Shown here piece by piece: positions 48,920 through 58,669 of a stretch of DNA of 64,000 nucleotides. Made by a program: the position numbers and the translations under genes. The stretch lies in the IMG/VR virus record IMGVR_UViG_3300026549_001031; one strand, 5' to 3'. Position 1 is the first letter of the stretch. Each line of letters starts with the position of its first letter. The stretch is from a virus. Its lineage: Duplodnaviria > Heunggongvirae > Uroviricota > Caudoviricetes. The notes under the pieces were generated by a model. It ran no database searches. It was not told the DNA's origin and saw only the letters and a list, made by a program, of their open reading frames with translations.

Positions 48920-51109
48920 ATGTTTGGGAAGAAAAGTAATCAGAAAAAAGGAAATGACTTAAGTAAAAGAAAAAACAACGCTCAATTAAATAGTGAGGCA
49001 GAGAGAAAACTTAAGGCATTGGGTCAAATGAGTACACGTAGTGATGTGAGAAGATCTAAAAGAAAAGAAAAGTTAGACATGTATGATATGATTGTGGCTA
49101 ACTTGGTTGCAGGTAATTCAATTATCGAGCCTGAGCAGAAGTTGGATAGTAGTCAGCTGGCGATAGGGTTTAGCAATATTTCCTCAGAGACACAGCTTAC
49201 AAAATATTTCATGATCAGTAAGTTTCCTGACTTCCTCAAGCCTAAGTTGATTGATACCATTAGAACAAGGTGTATGATGCCTGGTTTGAAAATAAACTTC
49301 TACTTCAATGCTCAACCTCACCGTATCAATTGGGATTCACAGGAAATGATTAGTAGGATGAACATTTGGAAACAATATGCAGCTAAGCATGATGGACCTG
49401 TAGACGTATTCCAATATAGAAAACAGCATGGTGAGGCAGCAGCACGTAATCGAATGATTATGTCTACTAAATACTTGAATGAGGCAGAGTTGGAATATAA
49501 GAGAAGCTTTATGAAAGTTTACTTCATCATTGAGGTTTCAGCTAAACGAACAGAGGAAAGTTTAGCAAACATGAGTGAGGCAATTTTGAAATTAAAAGAA
49601 ATGTGCAATCACTCTGATATAAAGCTTACAGAATTAAGAGTAAACATGATTGATTGGGTTAAGACCATTGGTCCTTTTAGTCTTAAGTCTATAAAAGAAA
49701 TGAATGGTAAACTTGCTAAAAGAGTTCTGACAGATGATTTGTTAGCTAACTTTAACAGTTATAAGCAAGGACGTGTTGGAATTAAGGGAGTACCTCTTGG
49801 AATTGATATTCTTAACAATGGTCCTGTAATGAGAGTGTTTAAGGAAGATCCTGATGGAGCAGATAATTGGTTGATTGCTGCAGCTACTGGTGGTGGTAAA
49901 TCATATTGGTTAAAAACATTATTAACATATCTGTTAGCTGAGGGCTTCATTACTTGTATAATGGACTATGAGGGTGATGAATATACGCGTTTTGCTAACT
50001 TTGTAAGGGCAGGAAATCCTGAGGATGTTAAGATAGTATCAATGGGTAAGGGCAGCACAGTTTATTTTGATCCTTGTGAAATTCCTGATTTAACAGGTGA
50101 TCCTGAAGTAGATGATACATTGAAAAAGAGTGCAATAAGTTTTATACTGTCTGTCTTTAGAATTATAGTTAATGGACTTGAGGGAGTTTTAACAAAAGAG
50201 GAAGAGCGTGTTATTTCACTAGCAATACAGAGGGTATATGATAGTGTGGGTGTTACAGATGATAAAGAGACATGGCATAGATCAAAAGGACTTAGGTTGA
50301 GTATGATCTATGATGAAATCAAATTCATGGTTGATAACAAAGAGCTTGTAGATGATGCTTCAGACAACTTGAAACATAAAGCTGCAGTATCAATTTTGGA
50401 TTCAGCAAGTGTTTATTTTGAAGAGGGTGAAGCAAAATATGGTACATTCAAGAATCCTATGTCTGCAAATGAATTATATAAAGCTAAACTTGTTGTTTTC
50501 TCGTTTGGTATGCAAGGAGAGGATCAAGAGTCATCAGATCCTACAGAGCTAGCATTGAAGCAGTTGAGTGTAGCATATGTAAATATTAAGATCAGCAACT
50601 ATTGTAAGTATGTTAGACATTGTTTCAATGTTAAGGTTTGGGAAGAGTTTCAGAGATATGGTGAAGCAAAAGGTAGTGCATCTACAATAGCTAACGTAAT
50701 CACTGGTGGTCGTAAGAGGGGTGATGTTAATTTCATCATTACAAATGACTTGGGTGCAATGCTGGATGATGAAAACCTCCTGTCACAAAAGATTATACAG
50801 AACATTCAGAATTATGCAATTGGAAAAATCAAGGATACAAAGATAAGGAGAAAGTTCTGTGAGAAGCTAGACTTACAAGATGTACTTCCTGCACTTGATA
50901 ATATAGCTAAGGCACATACAGCTAGACAGAATGGTTCTAAAAAGGCATCTGGTGCACAGAGTAGATACAAAAATGCTTTCTGCATTGTACTTGAAGAAGG
51001 AAAGAAAGCAGTTGTTAAAGTTAATTTGCCTCCTGCATTAAGAGAGTCAAACTTGTTTAAGACAGGAGTTGACACGAAAGAGGAGGAAGAGAGCAGGGAG
51101 GAAAGTTAA
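48920..51109 (+). CDS. virB4: VirB4-like (HerA/FtsK superfamily) conjugation ATPase
   Basis: NWLIAAATGGGKS Walker A, IMDYEGDEY, FDP, KVWEEFQRY Walker B, and GGRKRG motif. Confidence 0.75.
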   Translation: MFGKKSNQKKGNDLSKRKNNAQLNSEAERKLKALGQMSTRSDVRRSKRKEKLDMYDMIVANLVAGNSIIEPEQKLDSSQLAIGFSNISSETQLTKYFMISKFPDFLKPKLIDTIRTRCMMPGLKINFYFNAQPHRINWDSQEMISRMNIWKQYAAKHDGPVDVFQYRKQHGEAAARNRMIMSTKYLNEAELEYKRSFMKVYFIIEVSAKRTEESLANMSEAILKLKEMCNHSDIKLTELRVNMIDWVKTIGPFSLKSIKEMNGKLAKRVLTDDLLANFNSYKQGRVGIKGVPLGIDILNNGPVMRVFKEDPDGADNWLIAAATGGGKSYWLKTLLTYLLAEGFITCIMDYEGDEYTRFANFVRAGNPEDVKIVSMGKGSTVYFDPCEIPDLTGDPEVDDTLKKSAISFILSVFRIIVNGLEGVLTKEEERVISLAIQRVYDSVGVTDDKETWHRSKGLRLSMIYDEIKFMVDNKELVDDASDNLKHKAAVSILDSASVYFEEGEAKYGTFKNPMSANELYKAKLVVFSFGMQGEDQESSDPTELALKQLSVAYVNIKISNYCKYVRHCFNVKVWEEFQRYGEAKGSASTIANVITGGRKRGDVNFIITNDLGAMLDDENLLSQKIIQNIQNYAIGKIKDTKIRRKFCEKLDLQDVLPALDNIAKAHTARQNGSKKASGAQSRYKNAFCIVLEEGKKAVVKVNLPPALRESNLFKTGVDTKEEEESREES

Positions 51110-51268
51110 ATGTATGCATTATTGTTTTTGTTACTTGTTGGAATAGTTTATGTATACTCCTTCAAAGAGAACTTTACAAAGGAAAAAGTAGACAAGATAG
51201 CAATGGTAATGTTCGTGGGGGCAATACTTATTATCCTTCTTAGTTTATTAGGGAGTATAGGAAAATAA
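51110..51268 (+). CDS. 52-aa two-TM microprotein (not in the ORF track)
   Basis: GGAGG RBS; translates as MYALLFLLLVGIVYVYSFKENFTKEKVDKIAMVMFVGAILIILLSLLGSIGK; fills the gap between the two ATPase genes. Confidence 0.7.
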   Translation: MYALLFLLLVGIVYVYSFKENFTKEKVDKIAMVMFVGAILIILLSLLGSIGK

Positions 51269-51288
51269 AGGAACTGGAGGTGTGAACA

Positions 51289-53646
51289 GTGGGAATAAGT
51301 TTGAATAACGTATCAGAAGCTGATAAGCAGAGAGTTTCAGATATGAGGAATCATCCTCAATATGAGTCAGGCTTTGAAGATGAATCTGGTGGTGATGGAA
51401 GTGAGGAGGATTTATTCAACGACATGTTTGGCGACGGTGATGGTTTTGGAGATTTTGGGAACGACAATGATGGGTTTGATAGTTTCACTAGTGGTGGTTC
51501 AGACTCAGGTTCAAGCTCAAGCTTTAGCTCTGGTGGTTTTGGAAATGACACTTTCAATAATGGGAACAACAATGGCTTTGGAAATAATACATTCAGCAGT
51601 AATGGGTTTGGCACTAATACATTTAACAGTAACAATACCTTTGGTAATACTGGTTTTGGTGGGTTTGGAGCACAACCTCAGCAACAACAGCAACAGGCAC
51701 AGCCTGATAGAATGGATGCAGTAGTAGATGCAAGTGTTGACCTTGCTAAAGATTTTGGTTCAGTATTAGGAGAAATGTTTCACAGTATTAAGTTGAGAAA
51801 TGCAGATGATTTTGGATACTTAAGTCGTAACCTAATAATGGCTGGTGCAGGATTTGCAGCTGCTGGCATTGTATTAAGTTTGATAGGTCTTGCAGGTCAA
51901 ATTGGAGTACTTAGGTTCTTTGGTTTCTCACATAATTTGGTATTTTGTGGAGCATTATCATTATGTAGTGGAATCATTGGTATGGGAACTTCAGCGTTGG
52001 TTCTTATGAAAGTTGGCGGAGAGATTGCAGAGAATGACAATGTAGATTCTTTACAGGACATACCTGATAGTGATGATAATCATACACAAGAGTATTCAGA
52101 CAATATAGATGATATATTGAATGACCTGTTTCAGGATGAGGATGATAGTGGTTTTATGGATGATACAAGTGAGTTGCAAGAGGACGAGCCTGAAGAACAG
52201 GGAGAGTCACTTGAGTTAGAAGAGGATGAGGCACCTGAAATGGATCCTGGACCTTTAGATTTGACTGATGCACTTGATAATATTAGAGGCAATCAGGTAA
52301 TTTCAAGAGAGACACTGTTTAATACATTCAAACCTTTGTTTCCGACTAACACAAGAGGTTTCTCAGACGTAACAGAAATCGAACCTGACAGTGATGTGTT
52401 TAATACACTTGAGACTTATTGTATTAAAGCATTAGCAATTTTAGCTAACTGTGAGGAAGAGGAAGTAAACAGTGAATTATGCAGTGCTAAAGAGAATTAT
52501 TTCTCTTATGAATTAAGATTGAAGCGTATCAACAAGGTTAAGAGAACAGATATGCTAGCAACTGAAATCGAGAACTACATGAGGTCAAGTAGTGATGATG
52601 ATTCAGTTAATGCAACTGTTTCAATTGAGGGAGACTTCTACAAGATAATTGTTACAAAGGGTGTTACAGCGGTAGTTACTTTTGGAGATGTATTTCAGCA
52701 GCAATATTGTTGTGACTTCTTCTTAAATGCTAAGAATCAGCTTCCAATGATTGCTGGTATCAATGAGTTAGGTGAGGTAATGCTTGAGGATGCTAAGATA
52801 TTTGACACTATGATGATTGCTGGTAAGCCTAGGTCAGGTAAGTCATGGTACGTATTAGGAGTGTTAGCAAGCTTAATGTTGTTTAATCCTCCTGAATCAG
52901 TTCAGTTCATCATAGTAGATCCTAAGGGGTCTCACTTGTTTAAGACTTTGGCACTTATGCCTCATGTGTGTGGACTTCATGATGATAGTCATATACTTGA
53001 TATATTAGATGACATCATTAACGTTGAAGCTCCTAGACGTAAAGAGTTGTTAGATGCACATGAAGTCGATGATATCTGGGGTCTTAGAAAGAAGGGCGTT
53101 ATGTTACCTGTGCTTTACTTGGTAATTGATGAGTATATGTCAGTACTTGGTAATTTGGGTAAGGATAGAAAAGAAGAGTTTGACACTAAAATCAAAATTC
53201 TTATCAGTCAGTTACCTTCGTTAGGCATTAGACTTATATTCGTACCTCATAGAGCAATGGGTGTCGTTGATAAGACAAACAGAACAATGATTCAATTTGC
53301 AGCAGCAGTAAGGGCTAACGTAGATGATGTAAAAGATACATTGAGTATTCAGAAGTGGTCACGTGCTTTAACAAATCAAGGTGACGTGGCAATTAAGTCA
53401 TCATCAATGAAAAACGCAATGTTTGTAAGAGGCGCAGCGTTAACAACTTCTGATGAGAGCAACTCAACGTTTATTGAGACAGCTGCAAAGGCATTCTATA
53501 AAATGGGTGTTGATTTACCTGACATGAGTACAATGAGGTTTGCAGTAAATAGAGATGAGGATACAATAAGAGAGCAGTTAGTTGGTAATGGAAACAGAAT
53601 TCAATATGATGCAGCAGCTACTATAGCAGAGGCAGACGCGATTTAG
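51289..53646 (+). CDS. Membrane-bound FtsK/SpoIIIE-domain ATPase (TcpA-like coupling protein candidate) with FG-rich N-terminus
   Basis: Two TM helices; MIAGKPRSGKS, IVDPKG and LVIDEY motifs. Confidence 0.8.
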   Translation: MGISLNNVSEADKQRVSDMRNHPQYESGFEDESGGDGSEEDLFNDMFGDGDGFGDFGNDNDGFDSFTSGGSDSGSSSSFSSGGFGNDTFNNGNNNGFGNNTFSSNGFGTNTFNSNNTFGNTGFGGFGAQPQQQQQQAQPDRMDAVVDASVDLAKDFGSVLGEMFHSIKLRNADDFGYLSRNLIMAGAGFAAAGIVLSLIGLAGQIGVLRFFGFSHNLVFCGALSLCSGIIGMGTSALVLMKVGGEIAENDNVDSLQDIPDSDDNHTQEYSDNIDDILNDLFQDEDDSGFMDDTSELQEDEPEEQGESLELEEDEAPEMDPGPLDLTDALDNIRGNQVISRETLFNTFKPLFPTNTRGFSDVTEIEPDSDVFNTLETYCIKALAILANCEEEEVNSELCSAKENYFSYELRLKRINKVKRTDMLATEIENYMRSSSDDDSVNATVSIEGDFYKIIVTKGVTAVVTFGDVFQQQYCCDFFLNAKNQLPMIAGINELGEVMLEDAKIFDTMMIAGKPRSGKSWYVLGVLASLMLFNPPESVQFIIVDPKGSHLFKTLALMPHVCGLHDDSHILDILDDIINVEAPRRKELLDAHEVDDIWGLRKKGVMLPVLYLVIDEYMSVLGNLGKDRKEEFDTKIKILISQLPSLGIRLIFVPHRAMGVVDKTNRTMIQFAAAVRANVDDVKDTLSIQKWSRALTNQGDVAIKSSSMKNAMFVRGAALTTSDESNSTFIETAAKAFYKMGVDLPDMSTMRFAVNRDEDTIREQLVGNGNRIQYDAAATIAEADAI

Positions 53647-53662
53647 AAATTGTTTAGCATGT

Positions 53663-53700
53663 ATACTAGCAGTAAATTATATACTGCTAGTATTTTTTTT
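53663..53700 (+). terminator. Intrinsic terminator
   Basis: Stem ATACTAGCAGTA / TACTGCTAGTAT plus T tract. Confidence 0.85.
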
Positions 53701-53780
53701 ATTTTATTTTTAGCATTGGAAAAGGCATTAAGAATATAGAAAAAGAAAAGGAATTTTAATTTAGATTTGGAGGTGAGCAA

Positions 53781-55391
53781 ATGAATTTTTCAAGTAGCAT
53801 GATGTCTGGAATGGGTATAAGTCTTGGCGGTTTAGAGATTGCAACTGATTATTTATATGCTAACCCTGAGTTTTATGAACCTGACTTGACAGAGGTCAAG
53901 GCTACTATATCAAATAAACCTAATAAGCAGTTAAAACCTAGGGTAAAGCCTGTAAAACCTAAGGTATCTAAAGAGAGTATCATTAGTAAATATAGTATTA
54001 TACAGCCTAAACTGAAAGTGACAGCAGATGAGGTCATTGAGGATGATATGGTTGTGCAGGATGATAAGGATTTTGACTTCTCATTTGATGACTTTGACAT
54101 GGGAGATAGTAAACAGGGACAATTAGAAAACGAAGTAGATAACATTGATGAAACAGAGACAGAGGAACAGGTTGTTTCAGATGCAGACTTAATAAATCAG
54201 ATGTTAATGCAGCAATTAGCAGGAAGGACAAGTGAAGTTTATGAGTCAGGCAGTGGCTCAGAGGATGGGGACGAAGTAGAAAACAAGATGGACATGGATA
54301 AAGATGAATTAGACAATGAAATGGATGAAGATGATGCACTCCTAAATGAAATGTTTGGCAACGAGGAAGAGGATTCAGACAGTGATGATGAGTTACTTGC
54401 AGAGATGTTTGATGACGAGGACAGTGATGAAGAGTCAGAATCATATGAGGAAGAGTCAGATACAGAGGAAATAGAGAAAGCACCAGTGAGTTTTGAGGTT
54501 CAGGCACCTCAGAATCAAGTTGAATCTGCTGATAGTACACAAGAGATTGAAGATACAGACAGTTATAGCGAAGAGTCAGACATAGAAGATGATGACGATT
54601 TATTAAATGAAATGTTTGATGATGAGGATGATAACTATGATGAGGAAGAGACAGACAGTTATGAAGATGGGGATACAGATGAAGATGATTTAGCAGACAC
54701 CACAGAAGACGAAACATACAATGAGGAAAATGAATTAAACAGTGCAGAGTATGAACAAGACAGCAGCGAAGATGATGAGGAAGAGTCAGATGATGATCTA
54801 CTTGCTGAAATGTTTGGCGACGACATGGATGAATCAGAATATGATGAAAATGAGGATGATTCAGACATTGAGGAAAATGAAGAATATCCTGAGTTAGAGG
54901 ATGATGAGCCTGAAGTTGATGTGTCAGACAATGAATCTGAATTGAGTAGTTTACCTACCAGCATTTCAGAAAATCAAAAAAGCATTGAAGAAAAATCGAG
55001 AGAGCAAGTTCAAGGAATCAATGTTTCGAATGAGAGTAAAGTCACCAGTGAGAATAGTGAAGAGAGTCTTCAGAAAAAGTTAGCAGAAGCTATGGCTGAA
55101 ATAGAAAGGCTTAAAAACGGTTCAAGTAAACCTGCTGATAAAGAAGAGGCTACTAAAGATGATGCATCTGATAAAATAGAAAATAAAAAAGATAAATATA
55201 TGATGTATGCTGGCATGTCAACAGAAAAGTTGTATGGTCAGGTTAAAGAGTTTATGATTGCATCTAATGTTTCAAAGAAGCCTGTTGATTTAGCAGTGCT
55301 CTATGATAAGTTTGGAGATGCTAATGTAAAGAAGTTAATACATAAAAGTTATTTAATAAAATTAGGAAAAGGAGTAACAATAGGACGATGA
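53781..55391 (+). CDS. Second highly acidic repeat protein
   Basis: Asp/Glu tract with four DxLL(N/A)EMF repeats; small basic C-terminal domain. Confidence 0.8.
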   Translation: MNFSSSMMSGMGISLGGLEIATDYLYANPEFYEPDLTEVKATISNKPNKQLKPRVKPVKPKVSKESIISKYSIIQPKLKVTADEVIEDDMVVQDDKDFDFSFDDFDMGDSKQGQLENEVDNIDETETEEQVVSDADLINQMLMQQLAGRTSEVYESGSGSEDGDEVENKMDMDKDELDNEMDEDDALLNEMFGNEEEDSDSDDELLAEMFDDEDSDEESESYEEESDTEEIEKAPVSFEVQAPQNQVESADSTQEIEDTDSYSEESDIEDDDDLLNEMFDDEDDNYDEEETDSYEDGDTDEDDLADTTEDETYNEENELNSAEYEQDSSEDDEEESDDDLLAEMFGDDMDESEYDENEDDSDIEENEEYPELEDDEPEVDVSDNESELSSLPTSISENQKSIEEKSREQVQGINVSNESKVTSENSEESLQKKLAEAMAEIERLKNGSSKPADKEEATKDDASDKIENKKDKYMMYAGMSTEKLYGQVKEFMIASNVSKKPVDLAVLYDKFGDANVKKLIHKSYLIKLGKGVTIGR

Positions 55392-57466
55392 AAAAGAGAG
55401 TTGTAGCAATGATGTTAGTAGTGATAAGCTGTATTTCACTTACAGGATGTGCATCGTTTCTTCATGAGGACGTTGCAAAATATCCTTTAGTAAATCAGCT
55501 GACAAATCAGGAAGTCGTTGATTATTATGCTAAAGCATTAGATTATGATGCTGTCGTTGATAAGAATGTAACTGTACATGAAACTACTTACGAAGTTAAG
55601 GACGTTCAGGGTTCAAAAGAGACAGTACTTAAAGATTTAGTGTCACAGGCAGAGGGAATCCTAAGCGCTGGAGAATATGATAAGACGCCTGAAACAAAGA
55701 AGGTATTGAGTGAGGATACTTATAACTATTTGAAGGCAACATTGGATAATGAGCAGTTATCTGATGGACAGATTCAGAGTATTAAGGGAGCATTAGGTTA
55801 CTACTTTGTAGACGTTAAGTATAATGTGGGTCCTGCAGAGTCAGGAGAGTTTGAGCCTGCAGCTTCAATGTTAGGGCTTGATGGTGTTTGGATTAGCAAG
55901 CATGATGGCTCAGCAGAGGTTGATGCAGCATACTTAAGCAATATAGCTGATAAGCTTAATAAGTATTTTGAGGAAAATGTAATTGATGATGAAGTCACAG
56001 TTACAGATGATGGAGTACTTGAGTTTAAGAGTTTAGCAGGTGATAGCAGCAGTGATAACAGCGATACAGATGATGGTTCAAATGCAGGCGATTATGATGT
56101 TTCAATTCCTGGCGCTGAAGAAGATCAGGGTAACAGTGATGATGTTACAAGTGACACAGCTGTAAATGGAGAGGACATTGACAATGAATCAATCAAGAGT
56201 AATTATACAGATACAATACCTGATGATAGAAAGATCAAGATTGATTTAAGTTTGATCAACAGGGTGGTTGGTTCATCACTTGCAGAGAAAGCGTTTCTTC
56301 CTTCACTTGATACAGTGTACAAGACACCTGAAAACAGTAATGTAGGTGGTTATGGTGTTTATCCTGCAGGTTCTGAAGGACTTAAGCTTTTTGGTTTTAA
56401 CAGAGATGATCTTGCTGGTGATGTTACAATCAGGTATGTGTTTAAGGATGCAGATGATGCTTCTGGAAACATTGTTGGAACAAATGCTTACGTTACAACA
56501 GAAAATATTACAAATGGATTTAATGTTTCAGACCAGAATGTAATTATTCCTGACTTCTTAAATGATCAGCTGGACGAGATTATTGAGAGAGCAGACAGAG
56601 TTCAGTCAAATGTAGACTTATCAGGTATGTTATCAGGTAATGTTTATGCAGACTTAGGACCTGCAGTGTTAGCAGGATTCAAGGACGAGAGCAGTAGAAC
56701 TTTGAAATATATGTCTACTATAAGACAGGTACTTGCAAGAGATACTGCTGACAATGCTTATTTGGTAGAGGTTGAGACAACTTTAACAGATGGTCCTCGT
56801 TCAGTTGATTGCTATGGTACTTACAAAGATAAGTATTATGCAGTAATTCAGCAGAAAGGAAACAGTTTCTTAATTACTGACATGTTAAGAGTTGCACGAG
56901 AAATGACTGGTGAGCCTCCTATTTATCCGAACTCTTCTACAGAAAAGAGATTGGTTGCATTGAATTTAGCAGGTGAGGTTGCAGAGGATGATAAGACAGA
57001 CATTAAGAGTTTAATGGGAGATCTTTATCAGGCTTGTACATACAGGATTTTGAAAGCTAAAGACGATGATGGAAATTATAAGAAGATTAAAGTAAATGGC
57101 AAGACACAGGAAATTAAACGAGGCATGTATGATTGCTTTGATAAAGATAGGACAATGCTTACTAAACAGCAGGGTGAGTACATTACATCTTATTTGAGAG
57201 GCAAGTTAACAAAGTATGGTGCAAATGTTGGATCTCAGTTGAGTGGAACAATTACAGAGTGGATTGGTGGTTATGACAATCAGGCAGAGTTCACTACAGA
57301 GGAATTGATTCAGTACGACGGTAGAGATACAGGATATTACATGACAGTTTATTACCTGGTTTCAAAAATGGGTGATGATTGGGCAATAGATGAAAGAAAA
57401 GTCATGAGTGAAGAAGAAGTGACAGGCAATGATTTGTCTAATGCAGTGGATAGAATTACAAACTAG
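55388..57466 (+). CDS. Large acidic lipoprotein
   Basis: Lipobox ISLTGC; ATGA coupling to the upstream gene. Confidence 0.75.
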   Translation: MKKRVVAMMLVVISCISLTGCASFLHEDVAKYPLVNQLTNQEVVDYYAKALDYDAVVDKNVTVHETTYEVKDVQGSKETVLKDLVSQAEGILSAGEYDKTPETKKVLSEDTYNYLKATLDNEQLSDGQIQSIKGALGYYFVDVKYNVGPAESGEFEPAASMLGLDGVWISKHDGSAEVDAAYLSNIADKLNKYFEENVIDDEVTVTDDGVLEFKSLAGDSSSDNSDTDDGSNAGDYDVSIPGAEEDQGNSDDVTSDTAVNGEDIDNESIKSNYTDTIPDDRKIKIDLSLINRVVGSSLAEKAFLPSLDTVYKTPENSNVGGYGVYPAGSEGLKLFGFNRDDLAGDVTIRYVFKDADDASGNIVGTNAYVTTENITNGFNVSDQNVIIPDFLNDQLDEIIERADRVQSNVDLSGMLSGNVYADLGPAVLAGFKDESSRTLKYMSTIRQVLARDTADNAYLVEVETTLTDGPRSVDCYGTYKDKYYAVIQQKGNSFLITDMLRVAREMTGEPPIYPNSSTEKRLVALNLAGEVAEDDKTDIKSLMGDLYQACTYRILKAKDDDGNYKKIKVNGKTQEIKRGMYDCFDKDRTMLTKQQGEYITSYLRGKLTKYGANVGSQLSGTITEWIGGYDNQAEFTTEELIQYDGRDTGYYMTVYYLVSKMGDDWAIDERKVMSEEEVTGNDLSNAVDRITN

Positions 57467-57530
57467 GTAATAAAAGATAGCACTTGGCAGAGAAAAGATA
57501 GTACATACAACTAAAAAGATATAAGCATTG

Positions 57531-57563
57531 AAGGGGTAAAATTGTTGATTTTACCCCTTTTTT
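57531..57563 (+). terminator. Terminator overlapping the next promoter
   Basis: Stem AAGGGGTAAAAT / ATTTTACCCCTT plus T tract. TTGATT-17-TATAAT at 57545-57573 overlaps it. Confidence 0.75.
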
Positions 57564-57605
57564 GTTGTATAATGATAATGTAGTAAATAAAGATTGGAGG
57601 ATGAT

Positions 57606-58652
57606 ATGGTGGGAACAGAGGATGTAATCAAAGGTACAGTAGAAGAAAGCGTAGATACATCGAAAGAAATTGCAACCAGTGGCACTGAAGTAGGGCTTGA
57701 GGTTGATGAGAATGAACTTAGTAGAGTTAAGGCTATGTCACTCAAGCAGATTGACGAGTATGGTTCAACAATTCAGGACATGATTGGTTCAAAATCAACA
57801 GCTATTCTGCAGAAGGCAACAGTGAATGATACTGGTGCAACCATGAAGAAAGGCTTAGATGATCTTCAGGAGGTTGTGGACAAGCAGAGAAAAATGCTTC
57901 CTACAAGTAAGTCTCCTATGAGACTCTTTAGAAAGTTTACAGCAAACTATACTAAAGTAGAGAAGCGCATTGATGATATCAGTGATGTACTTAGCGAACA
58001 GAAAGATAAGCTTGAGAAGTATGTGCAGTACATGATGGAACAAAGTCAGAGTCTTGGTGAAGCAGTTAAGACACTGCGTAAATATGAGGGTGCATTAGCA
58101 GAATATGCTAAAGAGCTTGAGTTAGCAGATAATCCTGATCAGATTAGATTACAGGCAGTTGCTAGTAGACTTAAGATCATCACAAGTACACGTGTAAATG
58201 CAGAGCAGGCTCAGGTTGAAAGTTTAATGATCATTAAAGCGAATCAGGAAAGCAAGTATCAGCTTGCTCAGGTAGTACAGAACGTAATGCCTATTCTGAA
58301 AATGCAGGCAGTAAATGCTATTGGCATTAAAGCAAATCAGGAAAGCTTGGAAATTGCAGAGAAAACAAAGAAGATCACAGGAGACCTTATCGAGCGTAAC
58401 GCAGCAGATGTAAAAGCAATGGTGGACAAGCTTCAGAGTAACCGTACCAGTGGTGTTATTGATGAGGACAAGTTACTGAATGCTCAGCGTACATTACAGG
58501 AGGCTATCAAAACTGTTATGGAGGCATCAGAGAAAGAGGCTCAGGCAAACCTGGAAATTTCAAAGAGACTTCGCGAGAACAGTGGTTTTACAGAGCAGCA
58601 TATCAAGGACCTTTCAAGAGCATTGGATATCAATGACTCTAATGCAATCTAA
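57606..58652 (+). CDS. telA: TelA/KlaB-family toxic anion resistance protein
   Basis: IDEYGSTIQ, F.KF...Y.KVEKRIDDI, and L..VVQNVMPILK..A..AI...NQ pattern; all-helical; GGAGG RBS before 57606. Confidence 0.7.
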   Translation: MVGTEDVIKGTVEESVDTSKEIATSGTEVGLEVDENELSRVKAMSLKQIDEYGSTIQDMIGSKSTAILQKATVNDTGATMKKGLDDLQEVVDKQRKMLPTSKSPMRLFRKFTANYTKVEKRIDDISDVLSEQKDKLEKYVQYMMEQSQSLGEAVKTLRKYEGALAEYAKELELADNPDQIRLQAVASRLKIITSTRVNAEQAQVESLMIIKANQESKYQLAQVVQNVMPILKMQAVNAIGIKANQESLEIAEKTKKITGDLIERNAADVKAMVDKLQSNRTSGVIDEDKLLNAQRTLQEAIKTVMEASEKEAQANLEISKRLRENSGFTEQHIKDLSRALDINDSNAI

Positions 58653-58669
58653 AGAGTAGAGACATAGAT

